From an uncultured Bacteroidales bacterium (GTDB lineage Bacteria > Bacteroidota > Bacteroidia > Bacteroidales > JAIOZK01), in contig CAZTAW010000002.1 in assembly GCA_964611705.1 (NCBI GenBank), positions 1-37,695 on the forward strand: a stretch of DNA of 37,695 nt, read 5' to 3'. The translations under genes and the position numbers were made by a program. Below are positions 9,686 through 21,174 of the stretch, one piece after another. The notes under the pieces are model-generated. The model worked only from the letters and a program-made list of their open reading frames with translations. It had not been told where the DNA came from and made no database searches. Each line of letters starts with the position of its first letter. Within the stretch, counting starts at the first letter, position 1.

Positions 9686-10225
9686 ATGTCAATACTTGAA
9701 GAAAAAATAAAAAAGAACAAAGATTATTTCGATTTTCATGAACCTTCAGGAAAGCACAAGGAAAAGTTCAGGGAAAAGCTTACGGGTAAAGAAGCCGGGC
9801 AAGGTAAAATGCATGTTTCATTTTCCCTTGCCTTGAAAATTGCAGCGAGCCTTGTGGTTATTGCAGTTGTGGCTGTTTTGTTGATGGATATTGACCCCGG
9901 CAATAAAGTTTTGGCCGATGATGTAATGATCAATAACGAAGAAATACCAAAGGAGCTCAAAGAGGTAAAAACCTATTATCAAAGCCTTACCTCAAAGAAA
10001 CTTGAACAAATAGAAAATATTTCGTGTAGTGAATCCGGCTGTGAGAAGTTGAAAGATATTGCACAGGAAGAGATCATTGCCCTAAACCGGAATAATCAGA
10101 AACTTGAAAAAGACCTGGCAGAAAGTAATAACGATCGCAGGGTAATGAACGCCATTGTTAGCAATTACGAGTTGATGTCGAAATTGCTTGATAAGGTTAT
10201 TGTTAATATGAATAAAATTAATTGA
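9686..10225 (+). CDS. putative single-pass anti-sigma factor
   Basis: 179 aa, located 13 nt after the ECF sigma gene. It has a short cytoplasmic N-terminus, one TM helix (LALKIAASLVVIAVVAVLLM) and a coiled-coil-like C-terminal part. The call rests on position and topology only. Confidence 0.55.
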   Translation: MSILEEKIKKNKDYFDFHEPSGKHKEKFREKLTGKEAGQGKMHVSFSLALKIAASLVVIAVVAVLLMDIDPGNKVLADDVMINNEEIPKELKEVKTYYQSLTSKKLEQIENISCSESGCEKLKDIAQEEIIALNRNNQKLEKDLAESNNDRRVMNAIVSNYELMSKLLDKVIVNMNKIN

Positions 10226-10248
10226 TTAAAAATTAAATATTTTAAGCC

Positions 10249-11289
10249 ATGAAAAAGTTAGTACAATTTACATTTATTGCAGCCTTTATGCTGGTTTCGG
10301 TTTGGGGCAGCAAAGCCGATGAGGTTGAGAAAGTGATCTCAAAAGAATTCGGTGTTAAGAAAGGTGCTGTTTTAAAAATCTCGAACAAACACGGGATCAT
10401 AAACTGTGAAAACTGGAACAGCGATAAGGTTCTGGTTGAAGTTACGGTAAAAATTGACCACAGCAACAAAGAAAAAGCAGCAAGATTGCTTGACAAGATC
10501 AGAATTGATCTTTCCGGCGATGATCAGCTCATTGAAGGAATTACTGATATTTCGGGGTATAGTTGTAACGGTTGCGATCTCGATATCGAATACAAAGTTA
10601 AAATGCCGGAGTGGATCAATCTTGATTTTAAGATGAAATATGGCGATATTTTTATTGATAACGTAAGCGGTGAAGCCAAACTGGGAGTTGCCTACGGCAA
10701 TATGAAAGTCAATAGTCTGACAAATGATGAAACCGAACTGTATTTTAGTTATGCAAAAAACTCACACCTGGGGAGTATCGCAAATGCCAAACTAAACATA
10801 CAATACGCTGAAGTTGAAATTGAAACAGCCAATGTAATTAAGGTGAAATCAGAGTATTCGGAGATAAGGCTCGGAACTGTTTACAGCATGGAAATAGAAA
10901 CACAATATGATGAGATTGAAATTACAGAAATCAATTCTTTAAGCTGCAGGTCAAATTTTTCGGAAATAGAAATTGATGCTCTTGCCAAAAGCCTGATTGT
11001 GGAATCCAATTACGGTGATCTGGAAGTAGAGAATGTGGCAAAGGATTTTGAAGTAATAGATATTGCGATGAATTACGGTGATGCTGAAATTGGAATTGAC
11101 AGGGGGGCTAGCTATACCCTGCAGGCCGAATTGAAATACGGCGATATTGAGTACCCGGAAGAAAATGCCAAAGTAAGAGATCAGAAAACAGGCCATACCA
11201 AACGTAAAGTTGAAGGTACGATTGGTAACAAAAGCAATCCTTCATCAAGGGTTGTTATTTATGCAGAACATGCGGATGTAGAACTGTAA
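10249..11289 (+). CDS. secreted beta-strand repeat protein (DUF4097 / putative-adhesin-like)
   Basis: 346 aa with a signal peptide (MKKLVQFTFIAAFMLVSVWG). Short units are repeated: YGDIFID, YGNMKV, YAEVEIE, YSEIRLG, YDEIEIT, FSEIEID, YGDLEVE, YGDAEIG, YGDIEY. It is the third gene of the ECF operon. Confidence 0.6.
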   Translation: MKKLVQFTFIAAFMLVSVWGSKADEVEKVISKEFGVKKGAVLKISNKHGIINCENWNSDKVLVEVTVKIDHSNKEKAARLLDKIRIDLSGDDQLIEGITDISGYSCNGCDLDIEYKVKMPEWINLDFKMKYGDIFIDNVSGEAKLGVAYGNMKVNSLTNDETELYFSYAKNSHLGSIANAKLNIQYAEVEIETANVIKVKSEYSEIRLGTVYSMEIETQYDEIEITEINSLSCRSNFSEIEIDALAKSLIVESNYGDLEVENVAKDFEVIDIAMNYGDAEIGIDRGASYTLQAELKYGDIEYPEENAKVRDQKTGHTKRKVEGTIGNKSNPSSRVVIYAEHADVEL

Positions 11290-11311
11290 ATTTAAAAACA
11301 ACAATAATAAA

Positions 11312-11342
11312 AGCACAATTGAAAACGGTTGTGCTTTTTTTT
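11312..11342. terminator. bidirectional intrinsic terminator between convergent genes
   Basis: The stem AGCACAA (11312..11318) pairs with TTGTGCT (11329..11335). An A-rich run lies upstream and TTTTTTT lies downstream (11336..11342). Confidence 0.6.
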
Positions 11343-11358
11343 GCGTGAATTGAACCGG

Positions 11359-13257
11359 TTATTTTACCTTGATGAATTTAATCCCGTTTACCACAGTATT
11401 ATCATTAAAAAGGCTCAGAAAATATATGCCTTCCTTTATAAACGATATGTCAATTATACCTTTGGTTGGATAATTGCCTTCTAAAATGCATTCACCATTA
11501 ATGTTGTATATGCGAAATGATTCAAATTTACATTCGTTAGAAATGCTGATTTTGTTATTTGCCGGGTTTGGATATACAAAAGTTTGGTTCCTGATTTTTG
11601 AGGATATACCTTCATCAATATCGGTATATAAACCTGTGTATTTTATGCTTATAAATCCTGTTTGCTTGTTGACAAAATCCATATAAAGAATTTTGTTGTT
11701 ATAATCATCCATATAATCAAGTTCTGTCCAGGTTAATCCACCATCAACGGTTTTTAATAGTTTGTTGTCAACATATACATCGTAAAAAAACAAGTTTATA
11801 TAGCCAGTAAGTGAATCAAGAAACTGTATTTGTGTAATTTGATAATCCTCATAATTCGTGCTTATGTCAGTCCAGGAATCTCCAAAGTCGTTTGATTTAA
11901 TTAGTTTACCAGAATGGCCTCCTGCCCAGATATATTTCCCTTCAATACATTCAATATCATAAAAGGTGTAGTTATATCCTGTGTTAGCTTTTATCCATGT
12001 TTCACCTCCGTTGTTTGTTTTAAACATAATCCCATTAATTCCACCAATCCAACCGGTATCATTTTTCCAAAAATCAATAGTGTTCAGATAACCATATGAA
12101 TAGGTGGTATCGAAAGCATATTTGTTCCAGCTACGTCCGTCATCTTCACTTGTATAAATTGAGGCGTTTCCATATTCGTGACCAACAGCAAATCCTTTTT
12201 GATTATCATTCACAACAATGTTGCGGAATGATGTATTTCCTCCTTTTTTCAGATCTTGCCAGGAATATCCCGAGTTCTCGCTTTTAAAAATATAACCGTT
12301 AATACCAACGCTTATAAATAATTCGTCATTAATCCAGTCAATGTCGTTCATTGAGGAATTATAGTCCAGATAGTTTGATGCCCAGCTTTCTCCACCATCA
12401 CAGGTATGAAACATCATGTCGCTACATAATACTTTTCCTACCGAATCCGAAAGAAATTTCAAGCGCTCCACTCCTAAGATGTAATGACCAAGTATTATGG
12501 TATCCCAGTCTTTGCCGGCATTGACTGTGTGAAATAATGCAACTGCGCGATTCCAGGGAACAATCTGGTTTCCCGAACCAATCCATAACTCATTTTCATT
12601 GATTACATCAAAACCTCTTATAAACTCAATTTCTTCGGGTGTATCAATGAATTCCCAGCTATCTCCTCCATCAAAAGTTCGTTTTAACAATCCGTGACTT
12701 TTTCCAAAACCGTCTTCGCCCACAAGATATCCCGTATCAGGATTAATAAATTCAACATTGCTCCATACCTTGTCGCTATATATGGAGTGGCTTAATAATT
12801 CCCAACTATTACCTCCGTCATGTGTACGAAGTATTGTGTTGTATGTTCCTGTTATCCAGCCATTTTTGTTATCAAAAAAATAGATATAAAACAAGTCTGT
12901 TGGAACTGGTTGGGGTAATTGCGTCCATGTTTCGCCTTCATCGGTTGTTTTAATTATTGTGCCTGCATTACCAACGGCAAAACCGGTGTCAGCATTGATA
13001 AATGCTATTGACCATAAATTGTAGCAAATATTGCTTTCTTTTCTTTTCCAATTGAATCCTCTATCTTCAGTTTTGAATAAATCCCCATCATATCCGCATA
13101 TATAACCTGTGTCTTTATTAATAAAATCAATACCCTGCAAATAATTATACGTAGGATCGGGATTCGTTAAATCCCAGTGTTGTGCTACCGATGAATTGAA
13201 TAGGAAAAGAATACTTATAATAAGAAATGATGTTTTAAAGGGATGAAAAAAAATCAT
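11359..13257 (-). CDS. secreted Asp-box (BNR) beta-propeller protein with T9SS C-terminal sorting domain
   Basis: 632 aa with a signal peptide. It carries at least 10 D-G-G-x-S/T-W type Asp-boxes (DRGFNW, DEGETW, DGGNSW, DGGDSW, DGGESW, DDGRSW, NGGETW, FGDSW, DGGLTW). The C-terminus VYPNPANNKISI...GIYFLSL...IKFIKVK is typical of the Por/T9SS CTD. Confidence 0.8.
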   Translation of the reverse strand: MIFFHPFKTSFLIISILFLFNSSVAQHWDLTNPDPTYNYLQGIDFINKDTGYICGYDGDLFKTEDRGFNWKRKESNICYNLWSIAFINADTGFAVGNAGTIIKTTDEGETWTQLPQPVPTDLFYIYFFDNKNGWITGTYNTILRTHDGGNSWELLSHSIYSDKVWSNVEFINPDTGYLVGEDGFGKSHGLLKRTFDGGDSWEFIDTPEEIEFIRGFDVINENELWIGSGNQIVPWNRAVALFHTVNAGKDWDTIILGHYILGVERLKFLSDSVGKVLCSDMMFHTCDGGESWASNYLDYNSSMNDIDWINDELFISVGINGYIFKSENSGYSWQDLKKGGNTSFRNIVVNDNQKGFAVGHEYGNASIYTSEDDGRSWNKYAFDTTYSYGYLNTIDFWKNDTGWIGGINGIMFKTNNGGETWIKANTGYNYTFYDIECIEGKYIWAGGHSGKLIKSNDFGDSWTDISTNYEDYQITQIQFLDSLTGYINLFFYDVYVDNKLLKTVDGGLTWTELDYMDDYNNKILYMDFVNKQTGFISIKYTGLYTDIDEGISSKIRNQTFVYPNPANNKISISNECKFESFRIYNINGECILEGNYPTKGIIDISFIKEGIYFLSLFNDNTVVNGIKFIKVK

Positions 13258-13302
13258 GATTAATTAAGCTTTTTTGATTTAATTCGTTTTGTTTTTTACA
13301 TT

Positions 13303-15360
<2,058 letters not shown>

Positions 15361-16938
15361 TTATTCAACAATTGACTCAGGAATTTTATCCCTGTTCCTG
15401 TATATATGTATGGTTTGATTGGCATTGACCGGATTCAGCCAGTGCATCACTTTATCAATAAAACCGGGCTGTATGGTTGTCTCATATACCAGACCGGGAA
15501 CTATTTCTTTAACAGCTTCCACACGATTGTCAAGGTTTTTCTCTTCGAAAAACAAAATAAAACAAGGCGAATTTTCACACACAAGCGCAGAATCCTTAAT
15601 ATGTTGCGCAAGTGGTTCGTTTTGGCTAATATCTCTTTCTTTTGTCCATTTTTCAAGATAATATCGTGGCGACATTTTGGCTTCTTCATGATTGGTATCC
15701 TCCAACACGATATATTCCACATTTTTGTAATTTGATAAATATGTCATGGATTCCACCCTGGCTCTTTTCGAATACATTGTACTGATAACCGGAAGAAGGA
15801 TGAGGTTGATCACCCAGAAAAAAAACCAGCATGCTTTTAGCAATTGTCTGTTGTTTTTCCAGAATTTTGATTTTTCAATAAATCCATACCAGCCCATCAT
15901 TCCGAGTATGAGAATAAACGGGATTACCGGAAGTATAAAACGTTCCTGTTTATTGGGAAAGGCAGAGTGAAAAATAAAGAAAAGCAGGGTTGGAAGCAAA
16001 ATCACAAGATTTCTTTTCCAGTTTCTGAAAAATCCGAAAATAATAAAAATGCTGATGGGAGGTACCAAAATTCCCACTACAAGAAGGATATAGCTGTACC
16101 ATGCAATTACGTTGTAATCGTAGGCATGGGTCATGTTGTATCTGATATATTCCGTGAGCTCGGCAAAAGGATATCCCCAGATAAAGAGGTCAATGATGCC
16201 CTGGACCAGAAAAATACTCAGGATCACCCCCATGGCAAGAATAAGCGTTTCTTTGAATTTTTTTTGAAAAAGCAGTGCAAGCCCGACTCCACCAGTAAAA
16301 ACAAGCGTTTGGAAGCGGATTGAAAAAGCCAGCCCCAGCATAAACCCCGCCCAGAAAAAATACCGGAATAGTCCGGATTTGTTTTCTGATTTAATGATCA
16401 GCCAAATTCCGTAAATCATCGGAGGGATACAAACAACTTCAACCAGGTTGCGCACGCTTAAAAAAGGTATAAACCAGAAAACAGCAAGCAAAAGGCCTGT
16501 GTAGGCTGCTACTTTTTTATTGGCCAGGCGTTCAACGATTTTAAAACCAACAACCACCGTAATGAGCGAATAAAAGGCATGCAGAATTCTGATCAACAGC
16601 ATTTTGCCCTGGGCATCCGTAAAGTTAAACCAGTCCGTTACTGAGAAAATCAGGTAATGAATACCCACATAAAAAAAACTATGCCCGCTGGGCTTATCAA
16701 CGCTTCCGGGAAGCCAGTTGTTGTAATTGTAGTTGTCAATCCAGGCTTGAGCAGGTTCTATAACCAAAAAATGATCGTCATGCATCCCGAATCCTTTTGA
16801 GAAAATGGCTGCAATGAGACGTAAAATAATTGCAAGCCAGATAATCAGGGTTAAGGGATTGTTTTGCCAGGTTGTTTTAATCCGGTTCATGTTTAAAGAA
16901 ATTAATACGCAAATGTACCAATTAATAAAAAAGCGCAT
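15361..16938 (-). CDS. GT-C fold membrane glycosyltransferase, GT22 (Alg9/PIG-B-like mannosyltransferase) family
   Basis: 525-aa polytopic membrane protein. The first-loop motif GMHDDHFLVIEPAQ resembles the HPDE-hF-Q-xEP motif of GT22 enzymes. The true start may be the ATG at 16890 (MNRIKTTWQNN). Confidence 0.55.
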   Translation of the reverse strand: MRFFINWYICVLISLNMNRIKTTWQNNPLTLIIWLAIILRLIAAIFSKGFGMHDDHFLVIEPAQAWIDNYNYNNWLPGSVDKPSGHSFFYVGIHYLIFSVTDWFNFTDAQGKMLLIRILHAFYSLITVVVGFKIVERLANKKVAAYTGLLLAVFWFIPFLSVRNLVEVVCIPPMIYGIWLIIKSENKSGLFRYFFWAGFMLGLAFSIRFQTLVFTGGVGLALLFQKKFKETLILAMGVILSIFLVQGIIDLFIWGYPFAELTEYIRYNMTHAYDYNVIAWYSYILLVVGILVPPISIFIIFGFFRNWKRNLVILLPTLLFFIFHSAFPNKQERFILPVIPFILILGMMGWYGFIEKSKFWKNNRQLLKACWFFFWVINLILLPVISTMYSKRARVESMTYLSNYKNVEYIVLEDTNHEEAKMSPRYYLEKWTKERDISQNEPLAQHIKDSALVCENSPCFILFFEEKNLDNRVEAVKEIVPGLVYETTIQPGFIDKVMHWLNPVNANQTIHIYRNRDKIPESIVE

Positions 16939-16959
16939 CCCGAAAAGGAAGAAAAATTT

Positions 16960-17796
16960 TTACTCACTTAATTCATCCGGGTTAATGCACATCACCGGAA
17001 TTTCGGATTTGTTAAACATGATCTCTTCGTCCCAGTGGCCAAGTTTGTAATCGGATGAATACACATCAGGCCCGGTCATGATCATGATCAGGCTGGCCCG
17101 GATATCACCGGCGTATTTTATTATTTGTTTTGATAAATGCCCCGGTTTTTCGGCCACGATTTCCCGGTAGGTAATATTTCCCTCTTTGAATAATTCGATA
17201 ACCTGCTGCTGTAAATGCTGAACCTTGACATTCAATCCGGGGTCGGGCTGATTTTGTATAAAAAGATGTATTTCTGAATCAAAGGTTTTTGCAAGATGAT
17301 TAACCCATTTTGTTTTTTGCCTTGCATCCGTAAAGTCCGTAACGGGAAATACGATTTTTTTAAAGGCTATAAAGGGTTTGTTTTGAATGATGATGGTGGG
17401 TACAGGTACTCTTGTTAGCACCCGAAGGGCATGGCTTCCAATCAGGCGTTGCATGCCTTTTTTGCCGTGCGTTCCGAGAATAAGCAGGCTGGCGCTGATA
17501 TCTTTGGCGGTTTTGTGGATTTCGGCGAAAATACTGCCTTCTCTTGTGTAAAAATCGGCATAAATATTATGTTTGCGGTTGATTTGTTCGCAAATGGATT
17601 TAAGTTTTTCTGCAATGGTTTCAATACCTTTACCTGAACGCCTGAGTTCCGAACGGCTTTCTTTGTTGATCACATGCAGCAAGGCAAGTTTTGAATCCAT
17701 TGCTTTTGCCAGTTGGGCTCCGTAGTTAAGGGCATTTTCGCAAACAGTGGAAAAATCGGTTGGAATTAGAATAATGTTTGTTTTTTCGGTATCCAT
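16960..17796 (-). CDS. tandem-domain universal stress protein (UspA family)
   Basis: The real start is taken as MDTEKTNIILIPTDFS at complement(17794..17796), giving 279 aa. It is a paralog of 19157..19996 (shared PTDFS, LLHV, GTHGKKGMQ, IPVMCINP). The longer 394-aa ORF in the track runs antisense into the patatin gene. Confidence 0.85.
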   Translation of the reverse strand: MDTEKTNIILIPTDFSTVCENALNYGAQLAKAMDSKLALLHVINKESRSELRRSGKGIETIAEKLKSICEQINRKHNIYADFYTREGSIFAEIHKTAKDISASLLILGTHGKKGMQRLIGSHALRVLTRVPVPTIIIQNKPFIAFKKIVFPVTDFTDARQKTKWVNHLAKTFDSEIHLFIQNQPDPGLNVKVQHLQQQVIELFKEGNITYREIVAEKPGHLSKQIIKYAGDIRASLIMIMTGPDVYSSDYKLGHWDEEIMFNKSEIPVMCINPDELSE

Positions 17797-17893
17797 CGTG
17801 ATTTTAATATTTGAATTAATCAACCAAATGTAGTAAAAAATGTTCTTTTTGTAAGGAGTTTTTGTACTTTTAATGAACAAATAAAATGATGAA

Positions 17894-18799
17894 ATGAAAA
17901 AGAATGTTGCATTGGTAATGTCGAGCGGAGGCGCAAGGGGAATGGCGCATATCGGTATAATTGAAGAACTGCTTAAATCGGGTTTTAATATCACTTCAAT
18001 TGCCGGCTCTTCAATAGGGGCTTTGATTGGGGGCGTGTATGCCAGTGGCAGGCTGAATGAATTTACAACCTGGATGCGCGACGTTTCAAGGATGGATGTT
18101 TTTAAAATGATGGATTTTGCCATTAGCAAAAGAGGATTTATCAAGGGTGAAAAAGTGTTCAGGGAAATTAAAAAATATATTGGCGATGTAAATATAGAAG
18201 ACCTGACAATACCTTATGTCTCCATCGCTACTGACATCATGAACCACAATGAAATAGTTTTTACCACCGGTAGCCTGATCAATGCGATCAGGGCATCGGT
18301 TTCCATACCTACCATTTTTTTACCTTTTGAAATTGACGGTATTGATCTGATTGACGGAGGAATGATCAATCCGTTGCCTTTAAATCGTGTTAAACGACAG
18401 GAAAACGATATTTTAATTGCCGTAAACCTGAACTCTCCGGTAAAATATATTAAACCTGAAAGCGAAACGAACCATCATAAAGAATCTGTTTTCAATAATA
18501 TGCGCAAAACCATCAATAAGAAATGGTCGAGATATTTCAATAACAATAAAAAACAGCGAAGTAAAAAGATGGGGTTTTTTGACCTGCTTACCGGTTCTTT
18601 TGCACTGATGCAGGATAAAATTTCGGAATACACCATACAGCAGTACGCACCGGATATTTTAATTGACATTTCCCGTCATTCCTGCGATACACTTGAATTT
18701 TATAAGGCAAATGAACTGATTGAAGTTGGCAGGGAAGCATGCCGGGAGGCTATTGGAAAATATTTGAAGGCGGGTGAGGACCAAACAGAAAAGCATTAA
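17894..18799 (+). CDS. patatin-like phospholipase (RssA/YlbK-like)
   Basis: 301 aa. It has the oxyanion motif SSGGARGMAHIG, the nucleophile elbow GSSIGA (GxSxG) and the catalytic Asp motif LIDGGMINPLP. Confidence 0.9.
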   Translation: MKKNVALVMSSGGARGMAHIGIIEELLKSGFNITSIAGSSIGALIGGVYASGRLNEFTTWMRDVSRMDVFKMMDFAISKRGFIKGEKVFREIKKYIGDVNIEDLTIPYVSIATDIMNHNEIVFTTGSLINAIRASVSIPTIFLPFEIDGIDLIDGGMINPLPLNRVKRQENDILIAVNLNSPVKYIKPESETNHHKESVFNNMRKTINKKWSRYFNNNKKQRSKKMGFFDLLTGSFALMQDKISEYTIQQYAPDILIDISRHSCDTLEFYKANELIEVGREACREAIGKYLKAGEDQTEKH

Positions 18800-19096
18800 G
18801 TTTTTTAATAATTTGTTGCCAAATATTATCAATCCAAACAAAACTACTTGATTTTAGCATTATTCAAAAAATAGCTTAATATACTAAAATAATGCAGGTT
18901 AATCCCGAATTAGAAAAGCTTGCAATTTGAAAACGAAGTGAATCAATCCCGATTATCAGGATAGCTTTTCTTAGTCGTAAGGATAATTCAGCGTTTCACC
19001 TTTTAGGTTTATGAATTATCCGGGTTAGCATGTTTTAGGTGTAAAATGCCTATATAGCAAAATGCCTGTTAGATTTTCGAGAATTCTTCAGGTCTG

Positions 19097-19134
19097 AAAA
19101 AAAAACACACCCCGATAATCACAGGGTGTGTTTT
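19097..19134 (-). terminator. intrinsic terminator downstream of the second USP gene
   Basis: ACACACCC (19105..19112) pairs with GGGTGTGT (19124..19131). On the minus strand the hairpin is followed by a 9-nt T-run, which is the A-run 19097..19105 on plus. Confidence 0.65.
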
Positions 19135-19156
19135 AATATTATAATAGAATTAATCT

Positions 19157-19996
19157 TTATCTTGAAACAATCTTGCGCCAGTTGAAATCCCTGGGGTTGA
19201 TGCACATTACAGGTATTTGTGATGTGTTGAAAATGATCTCTTCGTCGTAGCTGCCAAGGATGAATTTGGTAAATCCTTTTTCAGGGTTGGTCATGATCAT
19301 GATCATACCGGCGTCAATAGATGTGGCATAATCAATTACTTTTTTGGTAAAACCCGAACCTTTTTCAAGTTTTTTTACCTCGAAGCCAATATCATTGGCT
19401 TTAAAATGATTGGTAATCAGCACCACGGCATCATCAATCGTATCGTCTTCAACCTGCAAAAGGTGTATTTTTGCATCGAACTGTTTTGCAATGGAAGCAG
19501 CCCATTTGGTTTTTTCCCAGGGGCCGGCATCGCTGGTAATAGGCAATACGATGTTTTTGTAAAGGTCTTTGAAATAGCGTTTTTGTGTAACAATAACCGG
19601 AACTTCGGAGCTGGTAATCACTTTAAGTGCATAGCTGCCTGTAAGCTTTTGCATTCCTACCTTGCCATGCGTGCCAAGATAAATGAGGTTTGCTTTGATG
19701 TCTTTGGCAACTTCGCCGATGGTGGTAAATATTTTACCTTCTTTGGCCATGGTTTCAACCTCCACACCATATTCTTTCTTTGTTTCCTCTGCAATTTCGT
19801 TAAGCTTATTGTCAATTGATTCAAGCCCTTTTTTTTCTTTTTTCAGCTCTGCTTTGGTGTTCTTGTCTATCACATGGAGAATACAGACCTTGAAATCTAA
19901 GAACTTTGCAGCATTAGCTGCCATTTTTATCGCGTTTGCGCATACTTCCGAAAAATCAGTTGGTACCAGAAGTACATTGTTCATTTTTGTTTCCAT
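19157..19996 (-). CDS. tandem-domain universal stress protein (UspA family)
   Basis: 279 aa, the same length and motifs as 16960..17796 (VPTDFSEVC, ILHV, GTHGKVGMQ, IPVMCINP). Confidence 0.85.
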   Translation of the reverse strand: METKMNNVLLVPTDFSEVCANAIKMAANAAKFLDFKVCILHVIDKNTKAELKKEKKGLESIDNKLNEIAEETKKEYGVEVETMAKEGKIFTTIGEVAKDIKANLIYLGTHGKVGMQKLTGSYALKVITSSEVPVIVTQKRYFKDLYKNIVLPITSDAGPWEKTKWAASIAKQFDAKIHLLQVEDDTIDDAVVLITNHFKANDIGFEVKKLEKGSGFTKKVIDYATSIDAGMIMIMTNPEKGFTKFILGSYDEEIIFNTSQIPVMCINPRDFNWRKIVSR

Positions 19997-20071
19997 GTAT
20001 TAGAATTATTTTATTGTTACTAATTTTATCACACAAATATAGAAAATATTTATTTGCAATCTGATTAATTT

Positions 20072-20668
20072 TTATTTATGATTGAGCAATTCAAGGATTT
20101 GGCCTAAGTTGTCCTGTTTTCCTTCTGACCTTAGCTTTTCGGAGGTTTTTGTGAAATAAGTATGGCTTTGCAAAAATTCAACCTGCAATTGGTACCATTC
20201 AATAAGGGTAGTGGGCTTAAATCTTGATATAAGCCATTCCTGGCGCAACTGATGAGAGATCATAAAGAAATCGTTTCTTCCCAAATAATCAAGGTCGGCA
20301 TCACAAAGAATTTTTTCAAGCGGGTGAGAGGCATCCTGCGGAAGCTTTGTTGTTAGGATCATCTGATTGATTAGTTCAATTTCTCTTTTGGAGTAATTAA
20401 ATTCTGGCAGAATCTCGTTTGTAATTTCTGTTGAGGCTTCTTCATGTCCCTGGTATGTTGTAAGCATGCCTGAATCGTGAAAAAGACAGGCTGTTTTCAG
20501 TAGCAGTAAGTCGGTAGTGTTTATATTCTCATTGGCTGCAATGTTGACCGCTGCTTCCAGAACATCCAATGTGTGGTTCACATTGTGATAATACAACCAG
20601 GCAGGTAATTCTTTCTCCAGCTTGCTTAATATCAATGTCTTTACGCTTTCATATTCCATGTTTTGCAA
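20072..20668 (-). CDS. HD-domain metal-dependent phosphohydrolase (phosphodiesterase-like motifs)
   Basis: 198 aa. Motifs present are YYHNVNHTLDV, LFHDSG and LCDADLDYLG. It is the last gene of the cyclase operon, after a 14-nt gap. Confidence 0.75.
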   Translation of the reverse strand: MQNMEYESVKTLILSKLEKELPAWLYYHNVNHTLDVLEAAVNIAANENINTTDLLLLKTACLFHDSGMLTTYQGHEEASTEITNEILPEFNYSKREIELINQMILTTKLPQDASHPLEKILCDADLDYLGRNDFFMISHQLRQEWLISRFKPTTLIEWYQLQVEFLQSHTYFTKTSEKLRSEGKQDNLGQILELLNHK

Positions 20669-20682
20669 ATTTAAACATAATG

Positions 20683-21174
20683 TTAATGCTCAGGCTGATA
20701 ACCCAATAAATTTATTTCCGCTGTTTTGCCCCTGAGTGCAACCGGCCCTAAGTTGCTAAACCGCGGGTCGGGTTTTAGCAGTTTGAATGCCTGCCCGGAT
20801 ATGATCATATCGGTTTTATACTTTTTACAGGCTTCCATAATCCGGCTGAAGTTTTTGAATACAACATCAATATACCTGATGTTGGAGAGCATGGCATAGA
20901 ACAGACTAACGGTGTAAATCACAAAAGCATAAAACAAGGTAAGAAGCAATACCGAAACAATCAGGTTGAATCTTCTGGTAAGTCTTGCATAAAAATAATC
21001 GGTATAGCTGTACAATATAAAAAAAACCGTTCCTCCGATGGCGAAGCCGAAAACCATATTAAGCGGGTGCCAGTTGTTTTGCATTACGCATACAAATACT
21101 CCGGTAAGTAATCCTGCAAAAATAAAAGGGGCCAAAGCTGTTTTAATTTTATGTCTGATAATGGGGGCCATCAA
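20683..21174 (-). CDS. membrane protein carrying only the C-terminal remnant of a class III cyclase domain
   Basis: 163 aa with four hydrophobic helices. The tail RIMEACKKYKTDMIISGQAFKLLKPDPRFSNLGPVALRGKTAEINLLGY aligns by eye with SRLEGLTKLYGASIIMSEDTLIRLNDPSQYNYRFLDIVKVKGKKEAVYIFEI of the upstream cyclase. The metal-binding part of the domain is absent. An ATGA overlap joins it to the cyclase gene. Confidence 0.6.
   Translation of the reverse strand: MMAPIIRHKIKTALAPFIFAGLLTGVFVCVMQNNWHPLNMVFGFAIGGTVFFILYSYTDYFYARLTRRFNLIVSVLLLTLFYAFVIYTVSLFYAMLSNIRYIDVVFKNFSRIMEACKKYKTDMIISGQAFKLLKPDPRFSNLGPVALRGKTAEINLLGYQPEH

Noticed and set aside
16960-18144. The 394-aa minus-strand ORF reported in the track.
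   Set aside because: Its first 116 codons run antisense through the patatin gene start and the divergent promoter region, and they have no USP similarity. The paralog at 19157..19996 aligns from MDTEKTN, so the gene is trimmed to 16960..17796.
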